From Brevundimonas sp. UBA5866 (lineage in GTDB: Bacteria > Pseudomonadota > Alphaproteobacteria > Caulobacterales > Caulobacteraceae), in assembly GCF_002432125.1 (NCBI RefSeq), contig NZ_DJFS01000018.1, forward strand, positions 8,137 to 72,136: a DNA stretch of 64,000 bases. The letters run 5' to 3'. Under the pieces are notes generated by a model, which saw only the letters and a program-made list of their open reading frames with translations, had not been told where the DNA came from and did no database searches. Shown piece after piece: positions 20,001-30,254 of this stretch. The translations under genes and the position numbers were made by a program. Each line of letters starts with the position of its first letter. The first letter of the stretch is position 1.

Positions 20001-21311
20001 GTGACGTCTGCCACCATCGGTATCGACTTTGGAACCACCAATACGGTGGTGGCCATCAGCCATCCGGGGGGCGACACCCATGTCATGACGCTGGAAGGGC
20101 CGGAGGGTCTGGAGAAGGGCTGGCGTTCGGCGTTGGGGTTCCAGCTGGTGCACAATGCAGGTGGCGTGGCCGAGCGCGTCATTACCGCGGGGCCGTGGGC
20201 CATCGAGGCCTATCTGGAAGACCCGCTGGAGACGCGTTTCATCCAGTCGTTCAAGAATTTCGCCGCCAGCAGTGCCTTCACCGAGACGGTGATCGACAGC
20301 AAACGCTACAAGTTCGAGGACCTGCTGGCCGCCTTCCTGAAACAGGTGAAACACTATGGTGGCGAGGCGATGCACAACCTGCCGCCGCGCGTGATCGTAG
20401 GGCGGCCGGTGACCTTTGCCGGGGGCAATCCCAAGGAAGATCTGGCGCTGGAACGCTATCAGGCCGCGTTCGAGCAACTGGGCTTTGAAGATATCCGCTA
20501 TGCCTATGAACCGGTCGGCGCGGCCTTCTATTTCGCGCGGAACCTGATGCAGGCGGCAACCGTGTTGGTGGCCGACTTCGGCGGCGGTACGTCGGACTTT
20601 TCCATCATCCGTTTCGAGCCGACGCCGGATGGCTTGCGATCGACCCCTCTGGGCCGTGCGGGTGTGGGCATTGCAGGCGATGCCTTCGACTATCGCATCA
20701 TCGACCATCTGGTGTCGCCGGAACTGGGCAAGGGCACGCAATACACCAGCTTTGGCAAAACCCTGCCGATCCCGCAGCGCTATTACACCGCCTTTGCCAA
20801 ATGGGAGCAGCTGGCGCTGCTGCGGGCATCGCGCGACATGAAGGACATCCGCTTGCTGGTGCGCGATGCCGAGGAGCCGGAGAAGGTGGAGCGTCTGGTC
20901 GAGGTGCTGGACGACAACCACGGCTATGCCCTTTACCGCGCCGTTTCGGACCTGAAAGTGGCCCTGTCGTCCAAGGATGAGGCCCGGTTTGTGTTCACGG
21001 TGGGCGGCATTGATATCCGCGCCAATGTGACCCGCGCCGAATTCGAAGGCTGGATCGCGCCGGACCTAGAAGCGATGCAGAATGCGGTCGATCAGGCGCT
21101 GGCCGAAGCGGGTATCGAGGCCGGCGGCGTGGACCGCGTCTTCCTTACGGGGGGCACCTCGTTTGTGCCGGCGGTGCGCGAAATTTTCGTCAGCCGCTTC
21201 GGTCATGAAAAAATCGAAAGCGGCAGTGAATTTGAGTCGATCGCCTCCGGTCTGGCGCTTATCGGGAAAGAAACGGACCTTGATCTGTGGAGCGAGAGAA
21301 AATCATCCTAA
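20001..21311 (+). CDS. Hsp70-family ATPase, YegD-like
   Basis: IGIDFGTTNTVVA phosphate-1 motif, VADFGGGTSDFS phosphate-2 motif and VFLTGGTSFVPAV adenosine motif, with no substrate-binding domain. GTG at 20001 is preferred over the track start at 19965. Confidence 0.8.
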   Translation: MTSATIGIDFGTTNTVVAISHPGGDTHVMTLEGPEGLEKGWRSALGFQLVHNAGGVAERVITAGPWAIEAYLEDPLETRFIQSFKNFAASSAFTETVIDSKRYKFEDLLAAFLKQVKHYGGEAMHNLPPRVIVGRPVTFAGGNPKEDLALERYQAAFEQLGFEDIRYAYEPVGAAFYFARNLMQAATVLVADFGGGTSDFSIIRFEPTPDGLRSTPLGRAGVGIAGDAFDYRIIDHLVSPELGKGTQYTSFGKTLPIPQRYYTAFAKWEQLALLRASRDMKDIRLLVRDAEEPEKVERLVEVLDDNHGYALYRAVSDLKVALSSKDEARFVFTVGGIDIRANVTRAEFEGWIAPDLEAMQNAVDQALAEAGIEAGGVDRVFLTGGTSFVPAVREIFVSRFGHEKIESGSEFESIASGLALIGKETDLDLWSERKSS

Positions 21312-21564
21312 GGCATTATTTGCCTGTATGGTGACGCTTTGGGTGCATATTTGCGCAGACTTTGGTTGCGGTGCAGAAATAGGGGTGGATTTTTGCCGGA
21401 TCGTGGCTTAGTGAACGCCGCGATGGTTGAGATGCAGTTCCAGCTTGGACTCGCCCTTGGGCGACTTATGAGTGGCCGCCGGGGTTAACGGCTGCCTCGG
21501 TGGCGACGTGTCTGCGCCGCACATCTCCCGCTAAAAATCTGCTTACCCAAGAGAGGCGCATCCC

Positions 21565-23262
21565 ATGCTGCGCGACCCCTCGGTCAAATACCGTCCGTTT
21601 CCGCAAATCGACCTGCCCAATCGCCAATGGCCGTCCAAGACGATCACCAAGGCCCCGCGCTGGCTGTCCACCGATCTGCGCGACGGTAATCAGGCCCTGA
21701 TCGACCCGATGGACGCCGCCAAGAAGCAGCGTTTCTTCGACATGCTGGTGAAGATCGGCCTGAAGGAGATCGAGGTCGGCTTCCCGTCTGCGGGCGCGAC
21801 CGAGTTCGACTTCATCTCGGGCCTGGTGCGTAACGACAGCATCCCCGAGGATGTGATGGTGCAGGTGCTGACCCAGTCACGTCGCGACCTGATCCAGAAG
21901 ACGTTTGAATCGCTGGAAGGCGCGCGCACGGCGACCGTCCACCTGTACAATGCCGTATCGCCCGCATGGCGCGAAGTGGTGTTCAACATGGACCGCGCGG
22001 GCGTGAAGGCACTGGCCATCGAAGGCGCAAAGATGCTGCGCGAAGAGGCCGAAAAGCGTCCGGACACCGACTGGCGCTTTGAATATTCACCGGAAACCTT
22101 CTCGACCGCCGAACTGGATTTCAGCTTGGAAGTCGCCGAGGCCGTTCAGGACATTCTGGAGCCGACGGCTGGAAAGCCGATGATCCTGAACCTGCCGGCC
22201 ACAGTCGAATGCTCGACCCCCAACATCTATGCCGACCAGATCGAGTGGATGATCCGCAATCTGTCGCGCCGTGATGCGGTGGTGATCTCGCTGCACCCGC
22301 ACAACGACCGTGGTACGGGCGTGGCGGCGGCGGAGCTGGGTCTGATGGCCGGTGCCGACCGTATCGAGGGCTGTATCTTCGGTAACGGCGAGCGCACGGG
22401 CAATGTGGATATCGTGACGCTGGCGCTGAATATGTACACTCAGGGCGTCTCGCCGGAGCTGGACTTCTCAAACATGGAGGAGATCGTCCAGACGGTGGAG
22501 TTCTGCAACCAGATCCCCGTCCATCCGCGCCATCCCTATGCGGGCGAGCTGGTGTTCACGGCCTTCTCGGGCTCGCACCAGGATGCGATCAAGAAGGGCT
22601 TCGAGGCGCAGAAGAAGCGCAACGACCAGATCTGGAACGTGCCCTATCTGCCGATCGATCCGGCCGATATCGGTGCCAGCTACGAGGCCGTCATCCGCGT
22701 GAACTCGCAGTCCGGCAAGGGCGGCATGGCGTGGGTGCTGCAACAGGACAAGGGCCTGAAACTGCCCAAGGCCATGCAGGCCGACTTCAGCCGCGCGGTC
22801 CAGAAATTGGCCGACGAGACCAGCCGCGAGCTGACCAGCGCCGACATCTGGGACGCCTTCAAGAAGACCTATCGCGTCGAAGGCCCGCAGCAGTTCGAGC
22901 TGATGACCTTTGCCGAGCATGGCATCGCCAAGAGCGATGGCCAGCGCGTGTTCAGCGGCGATGTGAAGATCGGCCACAAGGTCCAGAACATCACCGGACG
23001 CGGCAACGGGCTGATCTCGGCCCTGCTGGACGGCATGCGCGAGGCGGGCGGTCCGGTGTTCGAGATCGTCGATTATCAGGAACACGCCATCGGCGCTGGC
23101 ACCGATGCCAAGGCCGCGGCCTATGTGCAGTGTCGCACGGCGGACGGCCAGACGGTGTTCGGCTTCGGCATGGATTCCGATGTGGCCACGGCTTCGGCCC
23201 GTGCGGTGATCAGCGCGGCCAATACCGCCTCTGCCCGTCAGGAACAGACGCTGGCGGCCTGA
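21565..23262 (+). CDS. leuA: 2-isopropylmalate synthase (long, LeuA type)
   Basis: TDLRDGNQ and HPHNDRGTGVA catalytic motifs, with a C-terminal regulatory domain. 565 aa. Confidence 0.95.
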   Translation: MLRDPSVKYRPFPQIDLPNRQWPSKTITKAPRWLSTDLRDGNQALIDPMDAAKKQRFFDMLVKIGLKEIEVGFPSAGATEFDFISGLVRNDSIPEDVMVQVLTQSRRDLIQKTFESLEGARTATVHLYNAVSPAWREVVFNMDRAGVKALAIEGAKMLREEAEKRPDTDWRFEYSPETFSTAELDFSLEVAEAVQDILEPTAGKPMILNLPATVECSTPNIYADQIEWMIRNLSRRDAVVISLHPHNDRGTGVAAAELGLMAGADRIEGCIFGNGERTGNVDIVTLALNMYTQGVSPELDFSNMEEIVQTVEFCNQIPVHPRHPYAGELVFTAFSGSHQDAIKKGFEAQKKRNDQIWNVPYLPIDPADIGASYEAVIRVNSQSGKGGMAWVLQQDKGLKLPKAMQADFSRAVQKLADETSRELTSADIWDAFKKTYRVEGPQQFELMTFAEHGIAKSDGQRVFSGDVKIGHKVQNITGRGNGLISALLDGMREAGGPVFEIVDYQEHAIGAGTDAKAAAYVQCRTADGQTVFGFGMDSDVATASARAVISAANTASARQEQTLAA

Positions 23263-23265
23263 TGC

Positions 23266-24336
23266 GTGCATCCTTTCGGGATGTGCAGCGCTGGTGATCG
23301 ATCGCGGACCTGTGTGCTAGACATGGGTCCGCTTTCGTTTCCGCAGGGGGCCTGTTTGAGATCGCGTACCGAAAAGCGCCGCTGGGCGTGGGGAAGCCTG
23401 TTCGTCAGTGTCCCGTTTTTGGCATGGACCTTTCTGGCTGTGCATTTCCAGCTGGGGGCGATGGGATGGTGGGTCTATGCGCTTCCGGTGCTGGTCGCGG
23501 CGATCGTACTGGCGGCATCCTTTAGGGGAGCCAAGCGGGCGTGGGCCGTACTGGGGATCATGCTGGTTACGGTCGTGGTGGCATGGGCACAGGTGCGTCC
23601 GCAACAGAACCGCGATTGGGCACCTGAGCTGTCGCGCGGCGTACAGGCTGAAATCGACGGCCCGATTGTGCGGTTGAGGAATGTCCGCGATTTCCGCTGG
23701 CGTACCCGCGATGATGGCGAGGCCCGCTGGATCACCAAAACGGTCGATCTGGATCGGCTGGAGCATGTGGATTTCATCCGCACGACATGGGCCAGCGAGG
23801 CCATCGCCCACACCATGATCAGCTTTGGTTTCAGCGATGGCCAGTATGTCGTCTTCTCCGCCGAGATCCGGCGCGAGAAGCACGAGAAGTTTTCCGAACT
23901 GGGCGGTTTCTTCAAAAAGTTCGAACTGGTCCTGATCGGGGCGACCGAGGAGGACATCGTCAAACTGCGCACCCATGCGCGCAACGAGGATGTGTCCATC
24001 TATCGCCTGAGCATGACACCGGAACAGCGGCGTGGCCTGTTCCTGTCCTATGTCGGTCTGGGCAATGATCTGGCCCGTGAACCGCGCTGGTACCAGACGA
24101 TCACGACCAACTGTACGACCGTGATCTGGAAGCTGGCGCGGGTTGTGGCACCGGGCCTGCCTATGGACTGGCGTATCCTGCTGTCGGGGTATACGCAGGA
24201 CTATCTGTATGATCTGGGCGTGATCGCCAATGACCGCCCGCTCGATGTCATAAAGGCCAGGGCCCGCATCACCGCCAAGGCCCGCGCCCTGCCCGGGGAT
24301 GCGGACTACTCCCGTGCCGTCCGTCAGGGGCTGTAA
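23266..24336 (+). CDS. DUF4105-like membrane-anchored protein
   Basis: N-terminal TM helices, then QQNRDWAPELSR...VRLRNVRDFRW...NCTTVIW, which resembles DUF4105 (Lnb N-terminal domain) proteins by memory. The start is uncertain (GTG 23266 or ATG 23323). Confidence 0.65.
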   Translation: MHPFGMCSAGDRSRTCVLDMGPLSFPQGACLRSRTEKRRWAWGSLFVSVPFLAWTFLAVHFQLGAMGWWVYALPVLVAAIVLAASFRGAKRAWAVLGIMLVTVVVAWAQVRPQQNRDWAPELSRGVQAEIDGPIVRLRNVRDFRWRTRDDGEARWITKTVDLDRLEHVDFIRTTWASEAIAHTMISFGFSDGQYVVFSAEIRREKHEKFSELGGFFKKFELVLIGATEEDIVKLRTHARNEDVSIYRLSMTPEQRRGLFLSYVGLGNDLAREPRWYQTITTNCTTVIWKLARVVAPGLPMDWRILLSGYTQDYLYDLGVIANDRPLDVIKARARITAKARALPGDADYSRAVRQGL

Positions 24337-24339
24337 GCC

Positions 24340-26406
24340 CTAGAGGTTGGTGACCAGTTCGGCGTGTCCTTCGGTACCCATATGTTCCAGATGCGGTTGC
24401 TGCCCCTTGCTCCAGGCCTTGATGCGGTGGCTGATACGATAGGCGACGGCGATGCCTTCGGGGGTTGTTGAAGGCGTGTCCGGTCTGGCGGTGCCGACGA
24501 AATCGACGGTCAGATCGTCGGGCGTTGCCGTCACTATGGCAAAGCCGTGCCCTCCCTGATCGGCAAAGGCCAGATGCGGGGCCAGCTGCGGGTTCGACAG
24601 GGCTTTGGCCGCTTCGACATCTCCGCTGCGGGCATATTCCAGACAGGCCTCGACACCGTGGCGCACCGCCATATTCATGGCCGGAAGCACCGGGCCCTGA
24701 TCGTTCTGCCTGACCAGATAAAGGGGCGACAGGGGGCGGTCCAAGGGCAGGGACGCTTCGGCAGCCTGGAATACCGAAGGGGTGGAAATGGAGCCGACCA
24801 CAAACTCCACAGCCACGGGGTCATAGTCGCACGGCGGGATATCGGCGGACAGATACCCTGCGAAGAAGGCGTGGCGATCCCCGACCAAGGAGACCATGTT
24901 GGTCACGCCCTGCGTCTTGGCAAAGTCGAGCAGTTCGCGCCGCTCTGCGGGATAGCCGCACCAGTCATCGGTGCCGGACAGGGCATAGCCCGCACTGGGC
25001 CATTTGGGCTCGAAATCCTTCGGCAGGTTCTGCATATCCGTGCGGCGATGCAGCATGCCGAAGGAGTTGCCCCACAGTTTCCAGCGGGCGGTGGACGAGA
25101 CAAGACGCTCCTTGAACCACTGCTTCTGGCGTTGGCCCAGAATGCTGCCGGGGGGCATATCCTTGTGCGGATTGGGGTGTGACGTACCGTCATAGGCGAG
25201 GGTCTGGGGGGCGCCGCCGGGATAGGCGCGGCCTGCATCCAGAACCTCGATCACCTCCTGGGGGGCGTACCAGGGGAAGTTTCGCGGCAGGAAGGGTGCC
25301 GCCGCGTTCTGCTCGGCTACAGGACGGGATTTGAACGAGCGGTTGTCCGTCAGGATCAGCTCGATGTTCGCGCCCCAGCGCAGTGCCCGATAGACATTGA
25401 GGCTGTTGATGGCGGTAAGGTTGTTCGGTTCGTGCGCCAGGCCGTGGTCGTCGAAACCCTCAAGAGGCGTATCGGTCACCGCAGGCGGAAGGAAGCGCCG
25501 CAGGGCATCGGTCGAGCCGATGACGCGGGCGGGAATATATTCAAACCACGCCTGATTGGCCGCGACCTTCAGCGACTGGGCCGGTGCGGGGCCGTCATAG
25601 TTGATCTGGCTCTGGAAGCAGCGGTTGGCGAACTCGTGATTGTCCCAGATGCAGATGAAGGGCCAACGGGCGCGGGCATCCTGGATATCGCGGTCGGCCA
25701 GATAGGCGCGATAGACGTGACGATAGTCCTCGACCGTGGTGGGCACCTGTATCGTGCCCACGCGGCGGCCGGTCGGAAGGGGGCCGATCTCGTTGACGTC
25801 GCGGCCTTGAACCTTGGGCTGGTCGGCGGGCGACCAGATCATTTCATAGATGAAGTCGCCCAGATGCAGCACAAACTGCAGCTGTTCCTGCGGCGGGCGC
25901 GACATGTCCTCCACGATCATGCGGCGCAGGGGCGTGGCGTGGCCGATGTTGATGTTCTGGCAACTGACAAAGGCGAAGCGGACGGGCGAGACGTCGGTGG
26001 TATCGGGCGCGGTAAAGGTGCGGCCTGTGCGGCTGGCATAGCCGTCATTGTCGACAAAGCGGTACCAGTACTGACGACCCGCCTTCAGGCCGCCCACGAG
26101 AACGCGGCAGGTCCAGTCGGCCTCGGCCAGGGGGATGACGGTTTCGCGCGTGATCACGGTGCGGAAATCGTCGAACTCGGACACTTCTACACGCAGGCTG
26201 TCGGCACGGCCGGGCCACCGGGGGCAGCGCGTCCACAGCAGCACATTGTCGCTCTGTGGATCAGCCGATGCGACACCTTCGGGAAAACGTTCGCGCGATA
26301 CGCCGCGCACCCCTGCGATGGCGGCAGCGGGTCCGGCCATGACCAGACTGGCTCCCACAGAAGCGGCAGCGGCAATGAGGAACTGGCGGCGGTCTGGCGG
26401 CGTCAT
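24340..26406 (-). CDS. phoD: alkaline phosphatase D-family phosphodiesterase (Tat-exported)
   Basis: Twin-arginine signal MTPPDRRQFLIAAAASVGASLVMAGPAAA. PhoD-like metallophosphatase body (FVSCQN, LHLGDFIYE, WDNHEF). ATG at 26406 is preferred over the track start at 26538. Confidence 0.85.
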   Translation of the reverse strand: MTPPDRRQFLIAAAASVGASLVMAGPAAAIAGVRGVSRERFPEGVASADPQSDNVLLWTRCPRWPGRADSLRVEVSEFDDFRTVITRETVIPLAEADWTCRVLVGGLKAGRQYWYRFVDNDGYASRTGRTFTAPDTTDVSPVRFAFVSCQNINIGHATPLRRMIVEDMSRPPQEQLQFVLHLGDFIYEMIWSPADQPKVQGRDVNEIGPLPTGRRVGTIQVPTTVEDYRHVYRAYLADRDIQDARARWPFICIWDNHEFANRCFQSQINYDGPAPAQSLKVAANQAWFEYIPARVIGSTDALRRFLPPAVTDTPLEGFDDHGLAHEPNNLTAINSLNVYRALRWGANIELILTDNRSFKSRPVAEQNAAAPFLPRNFPWYAPQEVIEVLDAGRAYPGGAPQTLAYDGTSHPNPHKDMPPGSILGQRQKQWFKERLVSSTARWKLWGNSFGMLHRRTDMQNLPKDFEPKWPSAGYALSGTDDWCGYPAERRELLDFAKTQGVTNMVSLVGDRHAFFAGYLSADIPPCDYDPVAVEFVVGSISTPSVFQAAEASLPLDRPLSPLYLVRQNDQGPVLPAMNMAVRHGVEACLEYARSGDVEAAKALSNPQLAPHLAFADQGGHGFAIVTATPDDLTVDFVGTARPDTPSTTPEGIAVAYRISHRIKAWSKGQQPHLEHMGTEGHAELVTNL

Positions 26407-26648
26407 ATGGCTTTTCGTGCGTTGATATCGCCTACAGTTGGAGCCTGTACCGCCGTTTTTCCAAGTTAATAAGGCGTAACAGTAATGGCGGTTTCGGCCT
26501 TGAAATGACGTGGCATAGAGGTCAACGTGGCCGGACAACCTTCGCCTGTGTCACCTGTGCGCGACGCTGTAGGGGTGTGGGGGCCGGCGAGGGGGGATCG
26601 GGTTGCAGGGCGCTGTGTCCTGTCCGGTAGAACCTTCGGAGCCGCGTT

Positions 26649-27863
26649 ATGACCGTTGCCGGGACACTCGCTGATCGACCTGTCGGCACGCCGAGGATTT
26701 TCGGCCTGTTCCTGAGATTGCTGTCGGCCAACTGGACGTGGGGGCAGCTGGATATAGTCCTGCCCAACGGCAATGAGCACCGGCTGGTCGGCCCCCGGCC
26801 CGGCCATCGTGCCGTGCTTCGGATCAAAAGCTACAGGATGGCGGGCCGTGTCCTGAAAGGCGGCGATATAGGTTTTGCCGAAGCCTATATGGCGCGCGAG
26901 TTCGATACGCCGCATCTGGCCGTGCTGCTGGAGACGCTGGCCAATAACTACGAGGGTATCCGCCGGCTGTTTGACGGCAACCGCATTGGACAGGTTGTGA
27001 ACTGGATCGGCCACCGGCTGAACCGCAACAGCCGCGAGGGCGCGCGGCGTAACATCCATGCCCATTACGACCTCGGAAACAGCTTCTATGCGTTGTGGCT
27101 GGACCGGACGATGACCTATTCTTCCGGACGGTACGGAGGGACGGTCCGTACGCTGGAAGAGGCGCAGACCGCCAAATACGCCTCGCTTGCGCGGATGATG
27201 GACCTGCGGGCAGGCGAGACGGTGCTGGAGATCGGATGTGGCTGGGGCGGCTTTGCCGAATATGCCGCCAAGGTGATCGGGGCCAAGGTGACGGGCATCA
27301 CCATCTCGCGCGAGCAATATGACTACACGCGTGAGCGGATGGTGCGACAGGGACTGAGCGAGCAGGTCGATATAAAACTGATCGACTATCGCGATGTTCA
27401 GGGACAGTTCGATCGGGTGGCCTCCATCGAAATGTTCGAGGCGGTCGGTCAGGAATATTGGCCAGCTTATTTCGGCAAGGTCCGCGAGGTCCTGCGCCCC
27501 GGTGGCCGGGCGGGGTTGCAGATCATCACTATCCGCAACGACCTGTTCGACGGCTATAACAAGCGCACAGACTTCATCCAGAAATACATCTTCCCCGGCG
27601 GGGTACTGCCTTCGGAAGAGAGTTTGGCATCGGTGGTGGCGGGGGCGGGACTGGCCACGCGGGCGGTCGAGCGGTTCGGTATCAGCTATGCCGATACTCT
27701 GGCGGCGTGGGGCAGACGTTTCAGTGCGGCGTGGCCGGATATCCAGCGGATACACGACCGTTTCGATGATCGCTTCCACCAGCTTTGGATGTTCTATCTG
27801 GCCTATTGCGAGGCCGGTTTCCGGTCCAGACGGATAGACGTCATCCAGATGGCCGTATCCTAG
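26649..27863 (+). CDS. cyclopropane-fatty-acyl-phospholipid synthase-family SAM methyltransferase
   Basis: HYDLGNSFYALWLD and SAM-binding VLEIGCGWGGFAEYAA motifs, and C-terminal FYLAYCEAGF. Confidence 0.85.
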   Translation: MTVAGTLADRPVGTPRIFGLFLRLLSANWTWGQLDIVLPNGNEHRLVGPRPGHRAVLRIKSYRMAGRVLKGGDIGFAEAYMAREFDTPHLAVLLETLANNYEGIRRLFDGNRIGQVVNWIGHRLNRNSREGARRNIHAHYDLGNSFYALWLDRTMTYSSGRYGGTVRTLEEAQTAKYASLARMMDLRAGETVLEIGCGWGGFAEYAAKVIGAKVTGITISREQYDYTRERMVRQGLSEQVDIKLIDYRDVQGQFDRVASIEMFEAVGQEYWPAYFGKVREVLRPGGRAGLQIITIRNDLFDGYNKRTDFIQKYIFPGGVLPSEESLASVVAGAGLATRAVERFGISYADTLAAWGRRFSAAWPDIQRIHDRFDDRFHQLWMFYLAYCEAGFRSRRIDVIQMAVS

Positions 27864-29467
27864 GCGCGGGCGGGCGCTTCGGGCAGGGGCAGGATCACGG
27901 CGAAACAGGCCCCCTGAAGGCTGTCGGCCAGATCAAGGTCGGCGTGGTTCGCCCGCAAAAGGGATCGGGCGATCGACAGACCCAGACCTGCACCGCCTTC
28001 GCTGCGACGGGTGGTGAAGAAGGGTTCGAACAGGCGGTGCGCATCGCCCTCTGCCACGCCCGGACCGTTGTCGCAGACATTCAGGACAATCCGGTCGGGG
28101 TGTTCCTCGGCCGTCAGGGTGACGGTGGTGGCCCCGATCTGGCGGCTGTTCTCCAGCAATATGGTCAGCACCATCTCCAGCGTGGCCTCGGGCACGGCCA
28201 CAAGCGGCAGACGGGCAGGCAGGCCGGTTTGGATGGCCAGAGCATTGCCGAGGGCGTCTGCGATACGGCGGGTCACGTCATAGAGGTTGGTGGCGACGCC
28301 CGCCTCGGGACGCGCCATGTCTGCACGGGCCAGATCCATCAGCCGCGATACCAGATCGGAAAGCCTGCGGGCATCGTCACCGATATTGGCGAGGAAACGC
28401 TCGCGCTGGGCGGGCTCCATATCGTCGGCATGGTCCTGCAGCAGTTCAACAGCGCCGCGAATACCGGCCAGCGGGGTTTTGAACTCGTGGCTGACAGCGG
28501 CGGCGAAGTCGCGCAGATAGCGCGAGCGGCGGTCTACGGCCTCGGCCATGCGGCCAAAGTCCTCGTACAGGTCGCGGATTTCCACGGCGGCGGTCGGCGG
28601 TGGTGGCGGAACCGTGCCGCCGCCAAAACTGACATCGCGGGTGGCGCGGCGCAGGCGCTCGATAGGGCGGGCGATACCGCGCGAGATCACGACAGCCAGA
28701 ACGGTCAGCAGGCCCAATATGGCGACTATGCCAAAGACAATCTTGCCGCGATCCTGATAGATGCCCTTGAACAGCGCACGCGGAGAGCGCGAGGTCAGGA
28801 TCACGCCCTCGACCTTGCCGTTCACGACCACCGGACGTGCATGGTGGATGCGCAGGGCCGAGGCACGGCTGAGCCATTCGAAAGAATAGCGGGGCTGATA
28901 GGCGGCGTTGCGGCGCAGGACCGTGGCGGGTCGCCCGGACAGTGCGGTGACCACTTCGGGCAGGTCGGCCCAGCTGCCACCGAAACCTTCGCCGCGAAGG
29001 ACAATGCCGTGACGGTCCAGAACGGTGAGCGAGGCCAGCGTGGTGCGCGAGGTTTCCTCGATGATCGGGTTCAGTTTCTCCATCACGGCCAGGGCTTGGG
29101 GATCGGCGGTGCGCGCGCTGGCAGGGGCGGCTGGTCTGGGCGGCAGAACTGGATCGGACCGCAGATCGATGGTGGCCGGAAAAGGCACATAATAGCCGGG
29201 TTTGCGGCGCAGTTCGGGGGTGACGGGCAAATGGACCGCGCCGGGCCAGATCGCCTCTGCCGTGGCCGAGATGGCGGCGGTCTGCGCGATCAGTTCAGCC
29301 TCGGTCTGGCGCACGAGCGTGTTTTCGTACACGCGCAGGAATATGGCACCCAGCCCCGGCAGCAGGGCGGCAAACAGCAGCACCGACAACAGGATGGTGC
29401 GCAGCCTCATGGCGGGCCAGTGCGCCCGTACGAAACCGCGCAGCCGCTCCACCCCGGCTGATGTCAC
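27860..29467 (-). CDS. sensor histidine kinase (two TM, HAMP, HisKA, HATPase)
   Basis: H-box AAVSHEFKTPL, N-box LLENS, G1 DNGPGV, G2 GAGLGLSIA. The GTG at 29467 overlaps the response-regulator stop (GTGA), suggesting coupling. ATG at 29410 is an alternative start. Confidence 0.85.
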   Translation of the reverse strand: MTSAGVERLRGFVRAHWPAMRLRTILLSVLLFAALLPGLGAIFLRVYENTLVRQTEAELIAQTAAISATAEAIWPGAVHLPVTPELRRKPGYYVPFPATIDLRSDPVLPPRPAAPASARTADPQALAVMEKLNPIIEETSRTTLASLTVLDRHGIVLRGEGFGGSWADLPEVVTALSGRPATVLRRNAAYQPRYSFEWLSRASALRIHHARPVVVNGKVEGVILTSRSPRALFKGIYQDRGKIVFGIVAILGLLTVLAVVISRGIARPIERLRRATRDVSFGGGTVPPPPPTAAVEIRDLYEDFGRMAEAVDRRSRYLRDFAAAVSHEFKTPLAGIRGAVELLQDHADDMEPAQRERFLANIGDDARRLSDLVSRLMDLARADMARPEAGVATNLYDVTRRIADALGNALAIQTGLPARLPLVAVPEATLEMVLTILLENSRQIGATTVTLTAEEHPDRIVLNVCDNGPGVAEGDAHRLFEPFFTTRRSEGGAGLGLSIARSLLRANHADLDLADSLQGACFAVILPLPEAPARA

Positions 29468-30189
29468 GCGTTCAGGCCCGCGCCCTGGGCACCGAGGCAC
29501 GGACCCAGCTGATAGCCGACGCCCGATCGGGTGCTGATCACATCGCCGCCGCCCAGAGCCGCAAACTTGGCCCGCAGATTGCGGACGTGGCTGTCGATGG
29601 TGCGGTCGGTCAGGGCAAAGCCCGGCCCGTGGATGCGGTCTATGATGGCATCGCGGGTAAAGACCATCTGGGGTTTGGCCGCGAGGGTCTTGATGATGCT
29701 GAACTCGGTCGCGGTCAGGGCCACCTCACGATCATCCCAGCGGGCGGCCCAGCCGTCGGTGTCAAGCGACAGGCGACCGATCTTTACGCCACCCGACGGT
29801 ACGGGCGGCGGCGACAGCACGGTGCGACGCAGGATGGCCGCGACGCGGGCCACCACTTCGCGCGGGCTGAAGGGTTTGACCACATAGTCGTCGCCGCCCA
29901 GTTCAATGCCGAGGATGCGGTCGATCTCGTCATCGCGTGACGACAGGAACAGCACGGGCAGGTCGCTCTGCGCGCGGATGCGGCGGCAGACTTCCAACCC
30001 GTCCATGCGCGGCATGTTGATGTCGAGGATGACCAGATGCGGCTCATAGGTCTCGATGGCGGCCAGAGCCGCTTCACCGTCACCGGCTTCGCACGTGGCA
30101 AGGCCGGCCTTGGCCAGCGCAAAGGCCAGAAGGTCCCGGATATGGGGATCGTCATCAACAATCAGGACAGTGCGCTGCATGATCCCCAT
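29464..30189 (-). CDS. OmpR-family response regulator
   Basis: Receiver domain VLIVDDDPHIRDLL...LDINMPRMDG plus a winged-helix DNA-binding C-terminus (STRSGVGYQL). The start is either 30189 or 30180; the track start at 30270 is over-extended. Confidence 0.9.
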   Translation of the reverse strand: MGIMQRTVLIVDDDPHIRDLLAFALAKAGLATCEAGDGEAALAAIETYEPHLVILDINMPRMDGLEVCRRIRAQSDLPVLFLSSRDDEIDRILGIELGGDDYVVKPFSPREVVARVAAILRRTVLSPPPVPSGGVKIGRLSLDTDGWAARWDDREVALTATEFSIIKTLAAKPQMVFTRDAIIDRIHGPGFALTDRTIDSHVRNLRAKFAALGGGDVISTRSGVGYQLGPCLGAQGAGLNA

Positions 30190-30254
30190 GTTCAGTCTCT
30201 GCTGCAAAAGGTCAACGGGGCGCGTGGGCAGGGCGGATATCGGGGTGTGCATGT

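Noticed and set aside
21424-21564. Possible leucine leader peptide or attenuator upstream of leuA (small ORF MVEMQFQLGLALGRLMSGRRG)
   Set aside because: The peptide has only scattered Leu codons with no consecutive Leu run. I could not find a convincing terminator/antiterminator pair, and the nearby stem has mismatches and no U-tract.
27858-27865. Convergent genes sharing overlapping stop codons inside the palindrome CCTAGG
   Set aside because: This is real but trivial: a compact-genome coincidence (TAG on both strands) with no evident regulatory meaning.
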